Below are positions 43,739 through 59,877 of a DNA stretch of 64,000 bases, piece after piece. Source of the DNA: Scenedesmus sp. PABB004 (taxonomy: Eukaryota); contig CM026547.1 in assembly GCA_014905635.1 (NCBI GenBank), positions 1,302,001-1,366,000 on the forward strand, read 5' to 3'. The position numbers were made by a program, and so were the translations under genes. The notes beneath the pieces are model-generated. The model had not been told where the DNA came from, made no database searches, and was given only the letters and a program-made list of their open reading frames with translations. The stretch's first letter is position 1. Each line of letters starts with the position of its first letter.

Positions 43739-46103
43739 ATGGCGGCCTCCTGGTTCCGTGGCCGCGCCTCCACGCCCGGCGTGGACGCCGCCAACGCGGC
43801 GGCGGCGCGCGGGCGGCCGCTGCTGCTCATCGGCTTCAACGAGGCCGCTGGCGCGTGGGAGGTCGGCCGGGAGGCGCTCGACACGCTGGCCGGCATCAAG
43901 GGCCCGCTCTGCACGCTCTCCGTCTGCGGGCGCGCGCGGCAGGGCAAGTCGTTCCTGCTCAACACGCTGCTCACCAAGCTCACGGGCGTGCCGCAGCACG
44001 AGGGCTTCGTCGTCTCGCCGACGCACCAGTCCTGCACGCGCGGCATCTGGATCTGGTCCGCGCCCGTCGTCATGGCGGGGCCCGACGGCCGCAAGTGCAA
44101 CACCGTGCGTGGCGCGGCGCGCAGCGCGGCGGCATGGCGCGCAGCGTGGCGCGCGGCGGCGCCGCCCCGCCGACGCGCCGCCCCGCGCGCCGCCGCCGGC
44201 GGCCGCAGATCCTGATGGACTGCGAGGGCGTGGACGCCGTCGACCAGGCGCGCGGCGCGCGCTGGGAGGGGCGGCGGCCGCGGCCGCGCGCGCCCCGCCG
44301 GTGGCCGGCGCCGACGCCCCTCCCTCCCCTCCCCTCCCTCCCCCCTCCCCTCCCTCCCCTCCCCTCCCCTCCCTCCCTCCCCTCCCTCCCCTCCCTCCCT
44401 CCCCTCCCCTCCCCTCCCCTCCCCTCCCCTCCCCCTCCCCTCCCCTCCCCTCCCCCCTTTGTCCGTCCGCCGGTGCCGGCGCGCAGGGCCAGCAGCACAG
44501 CGCGCAGATCTTCAGCCTCGCGGTGCTGCTGTCGAGCATTTTCGTGTACAACCAGGTCGGCGCGATCGACGCCATCGCGGTCGAGCGCCTCGCGATGGTC
44601 TGCGAGCTCGCAAAGCGCATCAAGGACAAGAGCGTGCCCGGTGCGCGCCGCGCGCCGGCACCGCCAGACGCGCCAGCCGCCAGCGCGGCGGCGCGCGCCC
44701 ACCCACGCGCGCGCCGCCCGCAGGCGCGGCGTCCTCCAACGGCGCGCTCGGCGCGTCGTCGGCGACGGGGCAGACCGACTTCTCGCCCGCCTTCGTCTGG
44801 CTCCTGCGCGACTTCCAGCTGCGCCTGGAGAACACGCAGGGCGCCATCACGCCCGCCGAGTACCTGGAGGAGAGCCTCGCGCCCATCAAGGGCAACGAGG
44901 CAGACCTCGCCAACCGCAACCAGGCGCGCGGCGCCGCCCGCGCGCGCGAGCGGCCCGCTCAGGGCGGCGCGGCTGGCGCCGGCTGCGCGCGCCGGCGAGG
45001 TGCCGAGCGCGCGCGCGCCGCCGCCGCCGCGTCGCCGCCGCCGGCGCGCAGATGCGGTCGACCATCAAGGCGGTCTTCCCCGACCGCGACGTCGCGACGC
45101 TCGTGCGGCCGATGCTGACCGAGGCCGACCTGCAGCGCCTCGACAAGCTCAGCCTGGACAAGCTACGACCAGAGTTCCAAAAGGTGCGCGCGCCGCGCTT
45201 GGCTTGTCGAGGCGCGCCCGGCGCCCCGGCGAGCGGCACCGCGGCGCCGCGTCCGCGCCGCGCGCGCCGAGGCGCGACCGCCCCGCCCGCCGCGCGCCGC
45301 GGCGGCGCGCAGGACGTCGAGGCGCTGATGAAGACGCTGCGCGCCAAGGTGCGCCCGCTGGCGGTCGGCGGCACGCTCGTCAGCGGCACCGCGCTCGCCG
45401 GCCTCGCGGGCGCGTACGTTGACGCCGTCAACAAGGGTGCGCCGCGCCGTGGGCCGGCCCCTTGGGCACGCGGGCCGCGGGCGCAGCGACGCGCCGCACG
45501 GGGCGCGCGCAGCGCCGACGCTGCGCCCGCGCTCGCGCGCGCAGGCGCGGTGCCGCAGCTCGTGACGGCGTGGCAGGGCGTGTCGCGCGCGGAGTGCGCC
45601 AAGGCGTACGAGGCCGCCGCGGCGGCCTTTGACGCCGGCTTTGACCCGGCCGGCATCAACGACGAGCACGCGCTGTACGAGGCCTACGCGGCCGCGCTCA
45701 AGGCGCGCACGCGCGGCGCGCACGCACGCAGCACGGCACCCCGCCCCGCGCTCCGCACGGCGCACCGCCTGCTGCGTCGCACGCGCACGGCGCGCGCCCG
45801 CGCCCTGCCCCTCCCAGCGCGCGCTGTCCCCCCCCCCCCCCCCCCCCGTGTGCGCGCAGGCGTCGCTGGAGGTGTTCAAGCGCGGCGCGATGGGCGAGCC
45901 AGAGCTGCTGGGCGAGTACGAGGCCCGCCTGCGCGGCGCGCTCGAGGCGCGCTTCCTCGACGCCAAGCGCGCGCTCGCGGCGACGGGCGAGCGCCTCGCG
46001 AGCCAGATGCTCGCCGCCGAGGGCGACACGCTGCGCGCGCTCATGGCCGGCCCCGGCGCGAGCGTCGACGCGGTCGAGGCGGAGCTGCGCCGGTGCGGGA
46101 GGC

Positions 46104-46158
<55 letters not shown>

Positions 46159-46240
46159 GCATTGTTCGTCAGGCCGCCCGCCCCTCCCCGCCTCCCTGCC
46201 CCTGCCTCCCCGCCTCCCTGCCCCTGCCTCCATGCCTCCA

Positions 46241-46273
<33 letters not shown>

Positions 46274-48445
46274 CCGCCTCCCGCAGCTTCCTGGACGAGT
46301 ACGACCTCAAGGTCTCCAGCGGGCCCTACAAGTACAAGAAGGCGGCTGAGTTCCTCATGAACACGACCATCATCGGTGAACACGCCCCCGCACCGCGCAC
46401 GCGGGGGGGGGGGGGGGGCGGCGGGGCCCCCGCCGGCGGGCGCGGGCGCGGCGCAGGCTGGGCCGACCTGCGCCGCTCCCTTGCTGGTCTTGAACCTCCC
46501 CCCCCCCTCGGGCACACTGTCGCCCGCAGGCATCAAGGGCATCGTCCGTGACATCATCGCCGCGCGCGACGCGGCGGGCCAGCGCGCCGCCGCGGCAGAG
46601 GCGACCGTCGCGCAGGTGTGCGCCGCGGGCGGCCGGCCGGCCGGCCCGCGCCGCGTGCCGCGCCGCGCGCTGCCCCGCTGAGCGCGCCCCGCGCGGCGCG
46701 CCCGCAGCTGCGCAAGGAGGTGGCGCGCCTCGGCGAGGCAGAGGGCCGCTCCGCCGACGCGGCGGCGCAGCTGCTGGCGGCGCAGCAGGAGGCGGCGCGG
46801 CTCACGGGGCAGCTGGAGGCCAAGGCGCGCCACCTGTCCAGCCTGGAGGCGGAGCTGGCACAGGTGCGCGCGGCGGGAGAGGGAGTGCTCGCTGGCGGCC
46901 GCGCGGCGGCTGCCTGGGGGCAGCCCGGGCGCGCTCACGTGCCCGCCGCCGCGCACACGCTGCGGTCGTGCGCGCGCCACAGCTGCGCCAGGCAGAGGGC
47001 ACCGCGTCGGCGGCGCAGCACAAGCTGCAGCAGGAGCTGGCCGCCGCGCGCGCGGACGCGCGCGAGCTGCAGGGCCAGCTCGGCGAGGCGGAGCGGCTGC
47101 AGGGCGAGCTGGAGCGGCTGCAGGCGCAGCTGGGCGAGGCTAGGCAGCGTGCGGCGGCGGCGCAGCAGGAGGCGACGCGCCTGGCAGGGCAGGTGGGGCG
47201 CGCGCCGCGGCGGCTCCAGGTCGGAGCGCCCGTGCCTGGCCGGCGCCGCTGAGCCGTGCGCCGCCGTTGCCGCCGCCGCCGCGGCCGCTCGCAGCTGAGC
47301 GCCGCGCAGGCGCAGGCCAGCCGGCTGCAGTCGGAGGCGGCGTCGGGCCGCTCTGAGCTGGACGGCCTGCGCGGCACCATCGCCGACCTGAAGGCCCAGC
47401 TCGAGCGCGCGCAGGCGGCGCAGGTGGGCGCACACGCAGACAGGGGCGGGCGCGGGCGCTGCGCGCGCGCGCGCGCGCGTACGTGCGCGCAAGAGAGACA
47501 AGGCAGAGAGAGAGAGCGCCGGCGGCGGCCGACGCGCTGCGCCGTGCTCCGCCCCGCCCCGCCCCGCCCGCCCCGCGCGCGCAGGTGGAGGAGAGCCACC
47601 TGCAGGGGCAGCTGGACGAGGAGAGGAAGAAGGTCACGGAGCAGATGGAGGTGCGGCGCGCCCCGCCAGCCCGACGCTCGCTCAGCGGGGCGCCCGCGCC
47701 GACGCGCCTGCTGCGCCTGCTGCGCCCGCCCGCCCGCCCCCGCGGCGCGGACTGCAGGAGATCACCAGGCTGCGCGGCGAGCTGGTCAGGGAGCGCAACG
47801 GCCACGACGCCACGCGCGGCCAGCTCGCGGCCGCCAAGGCCGCCGCGCGCGCGGGCGGCGCGCCGCGCAGCCCCGCGGCGGCGGCCGCCGCCGCGCCCGA
47901 GGCGTCGCCCGAGGCAGCGCCTGCGCCCGCCGCGGCGGGCGGGCGGGCGGGGCGCAAGCGCGCGCGCGCGGCGGCGGCGGACGCCGCAGACGACGACATG
48001 CCTGGTGGGCCGGCGGCGGCGCGCCGCGCGGCGGCAGCGCGCCGGCGGGCAGCGCGCCGGCACCGCGCCAACGCTGCCCACGCCGCGCCCGCCCACGAGC
48101 AGACGCCGCGCCCGCCGAGGCGCCGGCGCCCGCGGCCGCGCCGGCGCCCGCCGCGGGGTCGGTGGACACGAGCATTGAGCCCGAGAAGATGACGGTGCGG
48201 CGGGACAGGCCCGGCTGGGCCGGGCCCCGCCAGGGGCGCTCGCGCGCCGCGGCTGCCCGCTCGGGCGGCCGGCGGCGCTGCCGACCGCCCGACCGGCGGC
48301 CCGCCGCGCGCAGGTGGCGGCGCTCAAGGCGTGGGTGACGGACGGCTCGCTGGAGGACGAGGAGTTTTACAAGCTCGCCCAGAGCAGCAAGACCAAGAAG
48401 GCGGACTGGGTCAAGTTTGTCCAGGCCAAGCTCGCGGCGCGCTGA
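43739..48445 (+). CDS. Guanylate-binding protein-like large GTPase (GBPL3-like) with coiled coil and C-terminal helical LEM/HeH-like module (~17 exons)
   Basis: G1 GRARQGKSFLLN, G2 SCTRGIWIWS, G3 LMDCEG, IFSLAVLLSSIFVYNQ, G4 FVWLLRDF, FPDRDVATLVRP, LRPEF, YVDAVNKGAVP; coiled-coil exons; GRKRAR; EPEKMTVAALKAW...KKADWVKFV. Confidence 0.92.
44320..44460. repeat. (CCCT/CCCCT)n homopyrimidine tract in a GBP intron
   Basis: ~140 bp composed only of C and T. Confidence 0.9.
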
Positions 48446-48894
48446 CGCTGACCGCGCTGACGCGCGGCGCCAACGCTGACGCGGGCGGGCGGGCCGCGGT
48501 AACGGATGAACGCGCGCGCTGTTGCTTTGCGCCCGGTCACGCGCGCACGAGGCGCGCGCGCGGCGGCCCGGCCGCCCACTCAGCAGGGCCTCTCTGAGGC
48601 GCGCCGCAAGGTTTGACGCTTGTGACAGTCAAATCCGCAGCGCCTGGCCGTGCCCACGGCTGCCGTATGTGCCCCAAACAAGGCGCTGCCGTGTGCCATG
48701 GGCGCGGCGGCCGCGGTCGCGGAGCAGGCGGCTGCCGAGGGTGCCGCCGCTGCCGCCGCTCGCTCGCGCGGCCCCGGGCGGCGCAGGTTCGCGCTGTTTC
48801 ACCAGCCGGCCACTGCGGCATGGCGCGATGGCGCAGCGGCCGCCGCGCCGCGCCTGCGCGGCACGGCGCGCCGCTGTGCCGGCCGGCACAGCGC

Positions 48895-51678
<2,784 letters not shown>

Positions 51679-52068
51679 GGCGTCCCGGCCGGCCGGAGGC
51701 CTCTCAGCAGCCCGGGCCGGCGCGCTCCGCGCGCGGTCGGCGCAGGCGCGCGCGCAGGGCGGCTGCGGGGACGTGCGTTGCCTGAGGACTGCGGTCACAG
51801 TGTCGGTGGGCGAGCGAATTGGCCGGGCGGGCGCGGGGCTTGGCACCTCGGCAGGCGATCGGGCAGTCGCGCCGCTGTCATGACTGCGGCCCTGGGCGAC
51901 GCCCCGTGCACCCCGACACGCGCCCCACACCGCGGGACGATCCAGGGAGGCCACACGGCCCCGGCTTGCGCCGCCGGAGCAGCGGCAGCGGCGGCGGCAG
52001 CAGCAGCGGCGCGGCGCCGCGAGCGGTTGTTGGCGGCATCGGCGGCGCGCCCCGGGCGGCCCAGCGCC

Positions 52069-55000
52069 ATGGACGCCGTCGTGAGGGCGCTCACCGACCT
52101 GCACCGCGCGGCGGGCGCGGTGTGCGCACAGCTGCAGGCGGGCCCGCCCTGGGCGGCCGGCGGCAGCGGCGGCGCCGGCGGGCGCGGCCGCGCGGGCGCG
52201 CCGCCGCCGCTGGCCGGCCTGGGCGGCGCGCAGCGCGGCGCCGGCGCCGGCGGCGCCGCGCGGCGCGTGCGCTTCGCGCCGCCGCTGGCGGCGATCGGCG
52301 CGTTCTCGGGCGGCGGCCGCGGCGGCGGCAAGGCCAAGGGCCGCAGCGGCAAGCCCGAGCCGGAGGAGGAGGAGGAGCGCGTGCTCATCAGCGAGGCGCG
52401 GCGCGCGCGGCGGCACGCGCTGCGGCATGCACGCGCTGCGGCACGCGCGGCGCCCGCCAGCCCGCATGCACACGCGCCGCGCCGCGCGGCGCGCGCAGGT
52501 CGAGGTCGTGGGCGTGAGCGAGGAGCTCAAGGCGATCGCGCTGTCCGCGCTCACGGCGCGGCCCAACTTTGCGTACACGCTCAAGGAGGTCGAGGCCGAC
52601 CTGCGGCGCGTCTTTGCGACCGGCTGGTTCTCCAGCTGCGTGCCCGACGCAGAGGACACGCGGGACGGGGTCAAGCTGGTCATACGGGTGGGCGCGGTGT
52701 GGCGCGCGGCCCCGTACTGGCGCCGGCGGCGGGGCGCTGCGCCCGGGTCGCCGCGCGCGTGACGCGCGCGTGGCGCGCCGCCGCAGGTGACGGCCAACCC
52801 GGAGCTGCGCGGCGTCGTCGCGCGCGGCGCCAACGCGCTGCCCACGCGCGTCGTGGCGCGGGCGTTTGCGCCGCTGTACGGCGGGCCGCTCAACTACGTG
52901 GCCTTTGGCCGCGCCGTGGAGAAGCTGGACGCCTGGTACCGCGAGCGCGGCATCCTCGGCCAGGCGCGCGCGGGGCGGGGGAGGTCGCGGGACGGGGCGC
53001 GCGCGCTGCGCGTGAGCCGCGGCTGGCGCCGTGCGCAGGGGCGGCGCCAGCAGCCCCCTCCCCTCTCGCGCAGGTCATCGACTTCAACTTTGAGGGCGGC
53101 GTCGTCGACCTCACGCTCGGCGAGGCGACCGTCGGCGCGGTGGCGCTCGCGTTTGTCGACCCCGCGACCTCCAGCCCCAAGCCGAGCGGCGCGACGCGCG
53201 AGCACGTCGTGCGCCGCCACCTCACGACGGCGCCGGGGCGCGTGTACAGCCTGCGCCAGGCCAAGGCCGACATCGACGCCATCTACTCGACGGGGCTCTT
53301 TGACGACGTCAACATCCTACCCCAGGAGGCCGAGGACTCGACCGAGACCGCACCCAAGGTACTGGGGCCGGGGCCGGGGGCTGGGGACCGGGGACCAGGG
53401 CCGGGGCGCCGCGCCGGCGGCGGCGCGCCGGCCGACCACGACGTCGCTGACCGCGCCCGCCGCTCGTCGCCTGGCTGTGCAGGTGGACCTGACGGTCAAC
53501 CTGGTGGAGCGCAAGACCGGCGGCCTGGGCGCGGGCACGGGCATCAGCGCGGCGGGGCGCGGCGCGGGCAGCATGCCCGGCTTTGTCGGCAACTTCACGT
53601 ACAGGCGCGCCGCGCCCGCCTGGCCCCGGCACAGGCACCGCACGGCCCCGGCACAGGCACCGCGGCGCGGCTGCCGCGGCGCCTCGCTCGGCCGCCCAGC
53701 GGCGGCCCGCCGGCTCCGCGGCGCCCTGCCGACGCGCGCTCCGCCGCGCCCGCCGCACGCGCTGCGCCCGGCGCAGCCAGCGCAACCTGTTTGGCCTCAA
53801 CCAGAAGCTCTCGGCGCTCGTGGAGCTGGGGCAGAGCGACAGCCTCTTCCGCGCGCAGTGGGTGGACCCCTGGATCCGGGGCGACCCCAAGCGCACGAGC
53901 ATGACGGTCAGCGTTATGAACACACGGTGCGGCAGGGCTTGGGCTTAGCATGGCCACCACGTGGGCCGCATGGGCCACGTGGCAGCGCCGGCAGGGTGTG
54001 GGCGGGCGCGCAGGCGCGCGGGCGCGCTGGGCGCGGCTCACACGCGTCGCCCGCGCCCCACGCCCCGCCCACCCGGCGCAGCACGTCGGCGGCGGCCATC
54101 CACGGCAAGGCGCTCGACGCCGACCCCGCCAGCCTCGACGACGCGGGCGACGCGCAGGCGGGCGGCGACGCGCGCGGCGCCGACGGCGTCACGCTGGGCC
54201 GCCTCGTCGCGGGCGCGGAGTGGCGGCGCCCGCTGGCGGCAAACTGGAGCGGCATCGCTGGTGGGCGCTGCGGCGGCCGCCCGCGGCGCGCGAGCCCGTG
54301 CGCCCCGCGCGGGCGCACCCCGACCCGGCCGCCGCCGCCGGCGCCGCCGGCGCGCAGGCCTGACGTGGCAGCGCAGCAGCTGCATGGACGCGCACGGCGC
54401 GCCGCTGCTGTCGGACGCGTACGGCGCGCCGCTGACGTTCAGCGGCAAGCCCAGCGACTCGATGCTGCTGGGCGTGATCAGCGGGTCATACAGGCGCGCG
54501 CGCCGCGCCGCGCCGTGCCGCGGGGCACGCGGCTCGCGGCGGGCCCGCCGCGCCGCCGCGCCTTGCGCCGCGCGCGCGGCAGCCGACGCGCGCCGTCGCG
54601 CGCCGCTGCGCAGCGGCCCCGGCGACGGCAGCCAGCTCGGCGTGTCGCTGGAGCAGGCGCTGCCGCTGCACCCGGCGTGGCTCAACTTCAACCGCCTGCG
54701 CCTGCGCCTGGAGCAGCCGGTCAGCCTGGGCCCGCTCACGCTGAGCCTGCGCGGCAAGGCAGGGTCGGTCTACGGCGACCTGCCCCCCTATGAGGCCTTC
54801 CCCCTGGGCGGCACCAACAGCGTGCGCGGCTACGCCGAGGGCGGCGTCGGCTCGGGGCGCCACTTTGTCGAGGGCACCGCCGAGCTGCGGTGCGCGGGGG
54901 GCCCGGGCGCGGCGGCGGGCGCGACGCGCCTTGGCCCGCTTGCGGCCCGCCTGCGTCGCCACGCGCGCGGGCTCAGGCCGCGCGCGCCGCCGCGGCCCGC

Positions 55001-55364
55001 CGCCGCGCGCGCAGCTGGCTGCTGATGGCGCCTGTGCACGGCACGCTGTTCGCCGACTACGGCAGCGACCTCGACTCCGGCGAGAGCGTCATTGGCGACC
55101 CAGCGGGCACGCGCGGCAAGCCCGGCAGGCGAGCGGGCCCGCGCCGCGCCGCCGCCCGCGCCGCGCCGCCGCCCGCGCCGCGCCGCCGCCCGCGCGCACG
55201 CATGCCCGCGCGCGCGCCCGCCTGACCCGCCCGCCGCGCCGCGCAGCGGGTATGGCTTTGGCGGCGGCATCCGCGTCGACTCGCCGCTCGGCCCCGTGCG
55301 GCTGGAGTACGCGTGGAACGACCAGCGCCGCGCGCGCTTCCACGTGGCGCTCGGCTACGACTGA
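52069..55364 (+). CDS. OEP80: Chloroplast outer envelope Omp85 protein OEP80/Toc75-V (11 exons)
   Basis: [141 protein letters not shown]. Confidence 0.95.
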
Positions 55365-55577
55365 CCGGCCGCGCGTGCGGCGCCGCGCGTGCGGCGCCGG
55401 GGGCCGAGCGGGCGGCCCTCCAGGTGGCGCTCTGAGACGCTGGCAGCGCGCGGCGGCGCGCGGGGGGCCGGCCGCCGCCAGGCTGGCGGGTGCGGGCGCG
55501 GGCGCGGCCGGTGCCGCGCATTACACGTGCGCGCGAGGGTAATCCAAGCAGTCTCACCAGCACCACCGCCCCGCCCG

Positions 55578-56320
55578 CTACGGCGAGCCGCACACCGCCG
55601 CCACGCCGCGGCAGAGCCAGCGTGGCAGCAGGGGCACCTGAAGCTGGGCCAGCTGCGGCGGCGCGAGGAAGAGCTGCAGCGCGGTGGGCAGGCTGGAGAG
55701 CACGCGCGACGCGACGAAGATCTGGGCGACGCCCGCGGTGGCGTTGCACGGCACGCGCAGGTGCAGCTTGGCGGCGGTCGCGCCCGCGGGCGTCGCCGCC
55801 GCCGCGCGCTGTGGGCAGGCCGCGTCGGGCGCCGTGGTGGCGTTGACGGCGAGCGCGCCGAGGCTCATGGTCGCGGTGTATTTGCGTCGCGTCAGCGCCG
55901 TGAGCTGGCGGCGGCGCGCGCGGGCGGCGAATGTCGGGTGCGCACGGCGAGCGCGCAGCAGGCGGCGCGCGTGGCGCCTGCGCCAGCGTCAGCGCCGCCG
56001 CTGGCAGCGCACCCTGAGGGTGACGTTGGCGCCGGGGCAGAGGGCGAACACCGGCGCGCCCGCGGTGCTCAGGAGCTCGACCTTGGTCTCCCTGCGGGCG
56101 GCGGCGGCCGCGAGTGAGGAGCGTGCACCGGCGAGGCCTCGCGGCGGCGGCGCGGCGGCGTTTGGCGCTTTGCGCTTTGCGTCGCTCACGAATCGACGCC
56201 AAAGGTCGCGGGCAGGCGGCAGGAGGCCGCGGTAGAGTTGTTGGCGCCGTGGGCGAGGCCTGACAGCAGGGCGAGGACCAGCGCGGCGCAGGCCAGGCGC
56301 GGCATCGTGCGGCGCGCCAT
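55578..56320 (-). CDS. Hypothetical secreted Cys-containing protein, possibly reeler-like (3 exons)
   Basis: Signal peptide MPRLACAALVLALLSGLAHG; spliced ...VFALCPGANVTLRL...TMSLGAL...ACPQR...LRVPCNAT; several N-x-T/S sequons; TGTAA on the minus strand at 55521-55525. Confidence 0.65.
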
Positions 56321-56475
56321 TGCTGCTGCACGTGCGGGAAAGGGCGGGAGGGCTGGCAGGGACTCGAAGGGGGTCGCGTTTACCGCCAGGCGCGGCAACG
56401 GCGGCCAATGAGCGCCGCGCCGCGCCGCCGCGAGGGCTTTGACCGCCCGCCTGCTCGCCCGCCCGCCCGCTTCGT

Positions 56476-59400
56476 TCACCGCCCCGCGTCCTGGGCCGCC
56501 TCAAAGCTGGCGGCGCGCAGCTCCGCGGCGCGGTCGGCGTCGCCGGCGTCGGCCTCGCGCTCCGCCCACGCCGCGTACAGCGGCGGGTGCTGGTAGCTCC
56601 GCGGCACGGCGGCGCCGGCGGCAAACAGCTCGCGCGCGCGCCCGGGGTTGCCGGCCGCGTCCCACTCCAGCATCGCCCACTCCATCCACAGCGGCGCGTT
56701 CCTGCGCGCGTGACGCCGGCGGCGGCAGCGTGAGCGCGCGCGCACATTGGTGTGAGGGCAGCCCACGCACGCGCCGGCGCCGCCGCGCGGCTCACCGCGG
56801 GCAGCAGGCGGTGGCCTGCTCGTAGAGGCGCCGCGCGGCGCGGTGGTCGCCCAGGTCGCGCCAGGTCATGGCCGCCCAGGCGTACCAGATGTGTGGGTTC
56901 CCGGGCGCGCACGCGGTGCCGCGCTGGAAGCAGCGCGCCGCGGCGCGGAAGTCGCCGCGGCGCCGCTCGAGCACCGCCCACTGCGCAGCGCGCGCGGCGG
57001 CGCGGGCGGCGCGGGCGTGTGTGGGCGCGTCCGGCGGCATCGGCATGGAGGCCGCACGCGGGCGCGGCGCGGCGCGGCGGGGCAGCCGCCGCGCGCCCGA
57101 CCGCGGGCGGCGCACCGCGAGCCAGCTCTTGTAGTCGCGCGGCGCGCGCGCCACCGCGCGCGCGAGCAGCCGCGCGGCCGCGTCGGCGTCGCCTAGCCGC
57201 CTCTCCAGCAGCGCCGCGGTGCGCAGGAAGCGCGCGGTCGGCCGCCGGCTGGCGAGGCCGTGCGCGAGCGCCGCGCGCGCCGCGCTGGCGTCGCCGAGGA
57301 AGGCGTGCAGCGCGGCCAGGGCCTCGCAGTTGACCAGGCTCGGCGCCGACCCTGCGGCGCGGCGCGGCGGGGGCGGGGCGTTTGGGCGCGGCCGGCTAGA
57401 CCACCGAGCAAGCGTGGCGAGCCGGCCGCGGCGGGCGGGGCGCGGCGGCTTGGCGTCCCGGGGCGCCGCGCCGCACCTGGCGCGCGCATGCCGCGCTCAA
57501 ACCACTCCCGCGCCGCGGCGAGCTCGCCCTCCTGCTGCGCGAGCAGCCCCCGCGTGTGGCAGAGGAAGCCGTTGCCGGGGTCGGCCGCCTCCAGCGCCGC
57601 CAGGCGCGCGTCCGCCGCGGCGCGGTCGCCCTGCTTGAGGTGCAGCTGCGCGAGCAGGTGCAGCAGCGCCGGGTTGGCGGGGTCGGCCTGCAGCGCTGCG
57701 CCGTAGAGTCGGAGCGCCTTGGCCGCGTTGCCCGCGCGGTGCTCCATGGCCGCGGCGCTGACCAGCGCCGGCACGTGCGCCAGCAGGCCCTGCGGGGGCA
57801 GCGCCACGCCGCGCGGGCCGCCGCCGCCGTCGGCGGCGCGGCCGCGCTGCGGCTGCGGCTGCGCCATCGGCTGCGGCTGCGGCTGCGGCTGCGGCTGCAG
57901 CTGGTGGGCGGCGCTGGCGGCAGGCGCTGCGCTGGACGCCCTGGCACCCTCTACAGCAGCCGCGTCGGGCGGCGGCGGCAGCGGCGCTGCCTGCCGCGCG
58001 GCCGCTGGCAAGTTGAGCGCTCCCACCAGCTGCTGCAGCTGCTGCTGCAGCTCCTCGTGCAGCGCCAGCGGGGCCTCCTGGTCGGCGCTGCCCGGCGGCG
58101 CCGCGCCGTCAGCCGCGCCTGACTGCTGGGGAGGCTGCTCGCCTTGCCGCTGCACCCTGACGCGCCGCTTTCTCCGGCTTGGCTGCTGCTGCTGCTGCTG
58201 CTGCTGCGCCGGCTGCTGCTGCTGCGCCTGCTGCTGCTGCCCTTGCACGTGCTGCTGGTGCACTGGCTGCAGCGCGGCGTCCGCGAAGCCGAGCACCGCC
58301 CGCGCCGCGGGGATGCGCTGCGCCTGCTGCTCCAGCGTGGCCCACTGATTGAGCAGCTCGCCGCGGGGGCCCAGCACCCCGACCGCCCGCTCGTACACGC
58401 GGCGCGCCGAGGCCGAGTCCCCCAGCGCCCAGTGCGCCTTGCCCAGCAGCTGCGGCGGCGGCGGGCAGCAGGCGGGGCTCAGGAGATGTAGCGAGCGCGC
58501 GCTGGCGCGGCAGGCGCCCCGCCGCAGGCCGCCGCCGCGCACCATCCAGGACGGCAGGTGCCGCCGGTCGGCCGCGAGCGCCTGCTCCGCCAGCTTGGCC
58601 GTGAGCAGCCACTGCCCCTCGCCGCTCTCCAGCTCGGCCCAGGCCTGCGGATGGTCGGCGCGCCGCGCGCTCGGGGCGCGGCGCTCGGGGCGCGGCGCGC
58701 GGCGCGCGGCGGCGGGCGCGGCGAGCGCGGCCGGGCGGCTCACGTGCAGGTTGGGCGCGTGCCGCGGGTCCGCCTCGTGCGCCTGCTGGTGCAGCGCGCG
58801 CGCCTGGCGCACGCGGCCGCGGCCGGCCTCGAGCCGCGCCCACGCGGCGAGCGCGGGCGCGTGCCGCGGGTCGGCCGCCGCCGCCGCCGCGAGCAGCCGC
58901 GCCGCCGCGTCCGCGTCGCCCGCCGCCGCCTCCGCGTTGCCCCACGCCGCCAGCACGACCGCGTTGGCCGGCGCCGCCGCCGCCGCGGCCTGGAAGCAGC
59001 GCCGCGCGGCGGGCCAGTCGCGCGCCGCGCCGTGCGCGCCGCCGGCCGCCGTCAGCAGGTGCACGCTGTGCGGCGCCGCCTGCAGCAGCGGCGCGAGCAG
59101 CGCGAGCGCCTCGCCGGGGCGGCCGAGCTTGGTCGCCGCGCCCGCCGCCGCCGCGGCGAGGTGCGCGTCGCCGGGGTGCTCCGCCAGGGCGGCGCGCAGG
59201 ATGGCGAGCGCCGCCGCCGGGTCGCCCGCCAGGCGCGCGGCCTTGGCCCGGCGCTTGGCCTGGACCGCGCCCGGCGGCGGCGGCGCGCGGGCCGCCGCGC
59301 GCCCGCCGCCAGGCTGCGCCGCTGCCGTCGCGGGCGCGGCAGCAGCGGCAGCGGCCGGCGCGGCGTCCGCGTGCGCCGCGGCGCGCGCCCGCCGGCCGCC

Positions 59401-59517
59401 GGGCGCGTTGATCGACCGGCGGGGGCCCTCCAGCGCCCGCCGCTGCGCCGCTCGAGCGGGCGCGGGGCCGGGCGCGGGGCGGCCCGCGCCCGCGCGCCAC
59501 TCCGCGCCGGCTCGCAT
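56476..59517 (-). CDS. HAT/TPR repeat protein, Mbb1/HCF107-like plastid RNA maturation factor (6 exons; start uncertain)
   Basis: Repeated HAT helices: VLAAWGNAEAAAGD, ALAAWARLEAGRGRVRQARAL, LLNQWATLEQ, WAVLERRRGDFRAAARCFQRG, IWYAWAAMTW, LWMEWAMLEWDAAGNPGRARELF, LYAAWAEREA. Confidence 0.8.
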
Positions 59518-59877
59518 GGCGCGACGGCGTCAGGGCACTGGAGGCGCCCAATGAGCGCGCTCAGGCGGGCCCCATGCGCGCGTTTGCCGAGTGCTGCTGC
59601 AGCAGCCGCGCGGACGACCGCCAAACGCGCTGCTCGCAGGCACAAACAAGGGATCTGGGGGGTGCTGGACGCGACGCCGCAGCGCGCGGGCGAAGTCGAC
59701 GGCGGCGGCGGCGGTGCAGCAGCGGCGCGTTTGTGACGGCAGAGGCTTGCTGCTGGCCCGCTCCATCGCACGGACTCTCATTCGCGCTTCCAGCTGCGCC
59801 GCGTCCCTCGCCTCCCCACGCCGACGACACCGCGCACCGCATGCGCCACCCGCTGCTCGCCGCACGCGCACGCGGCG

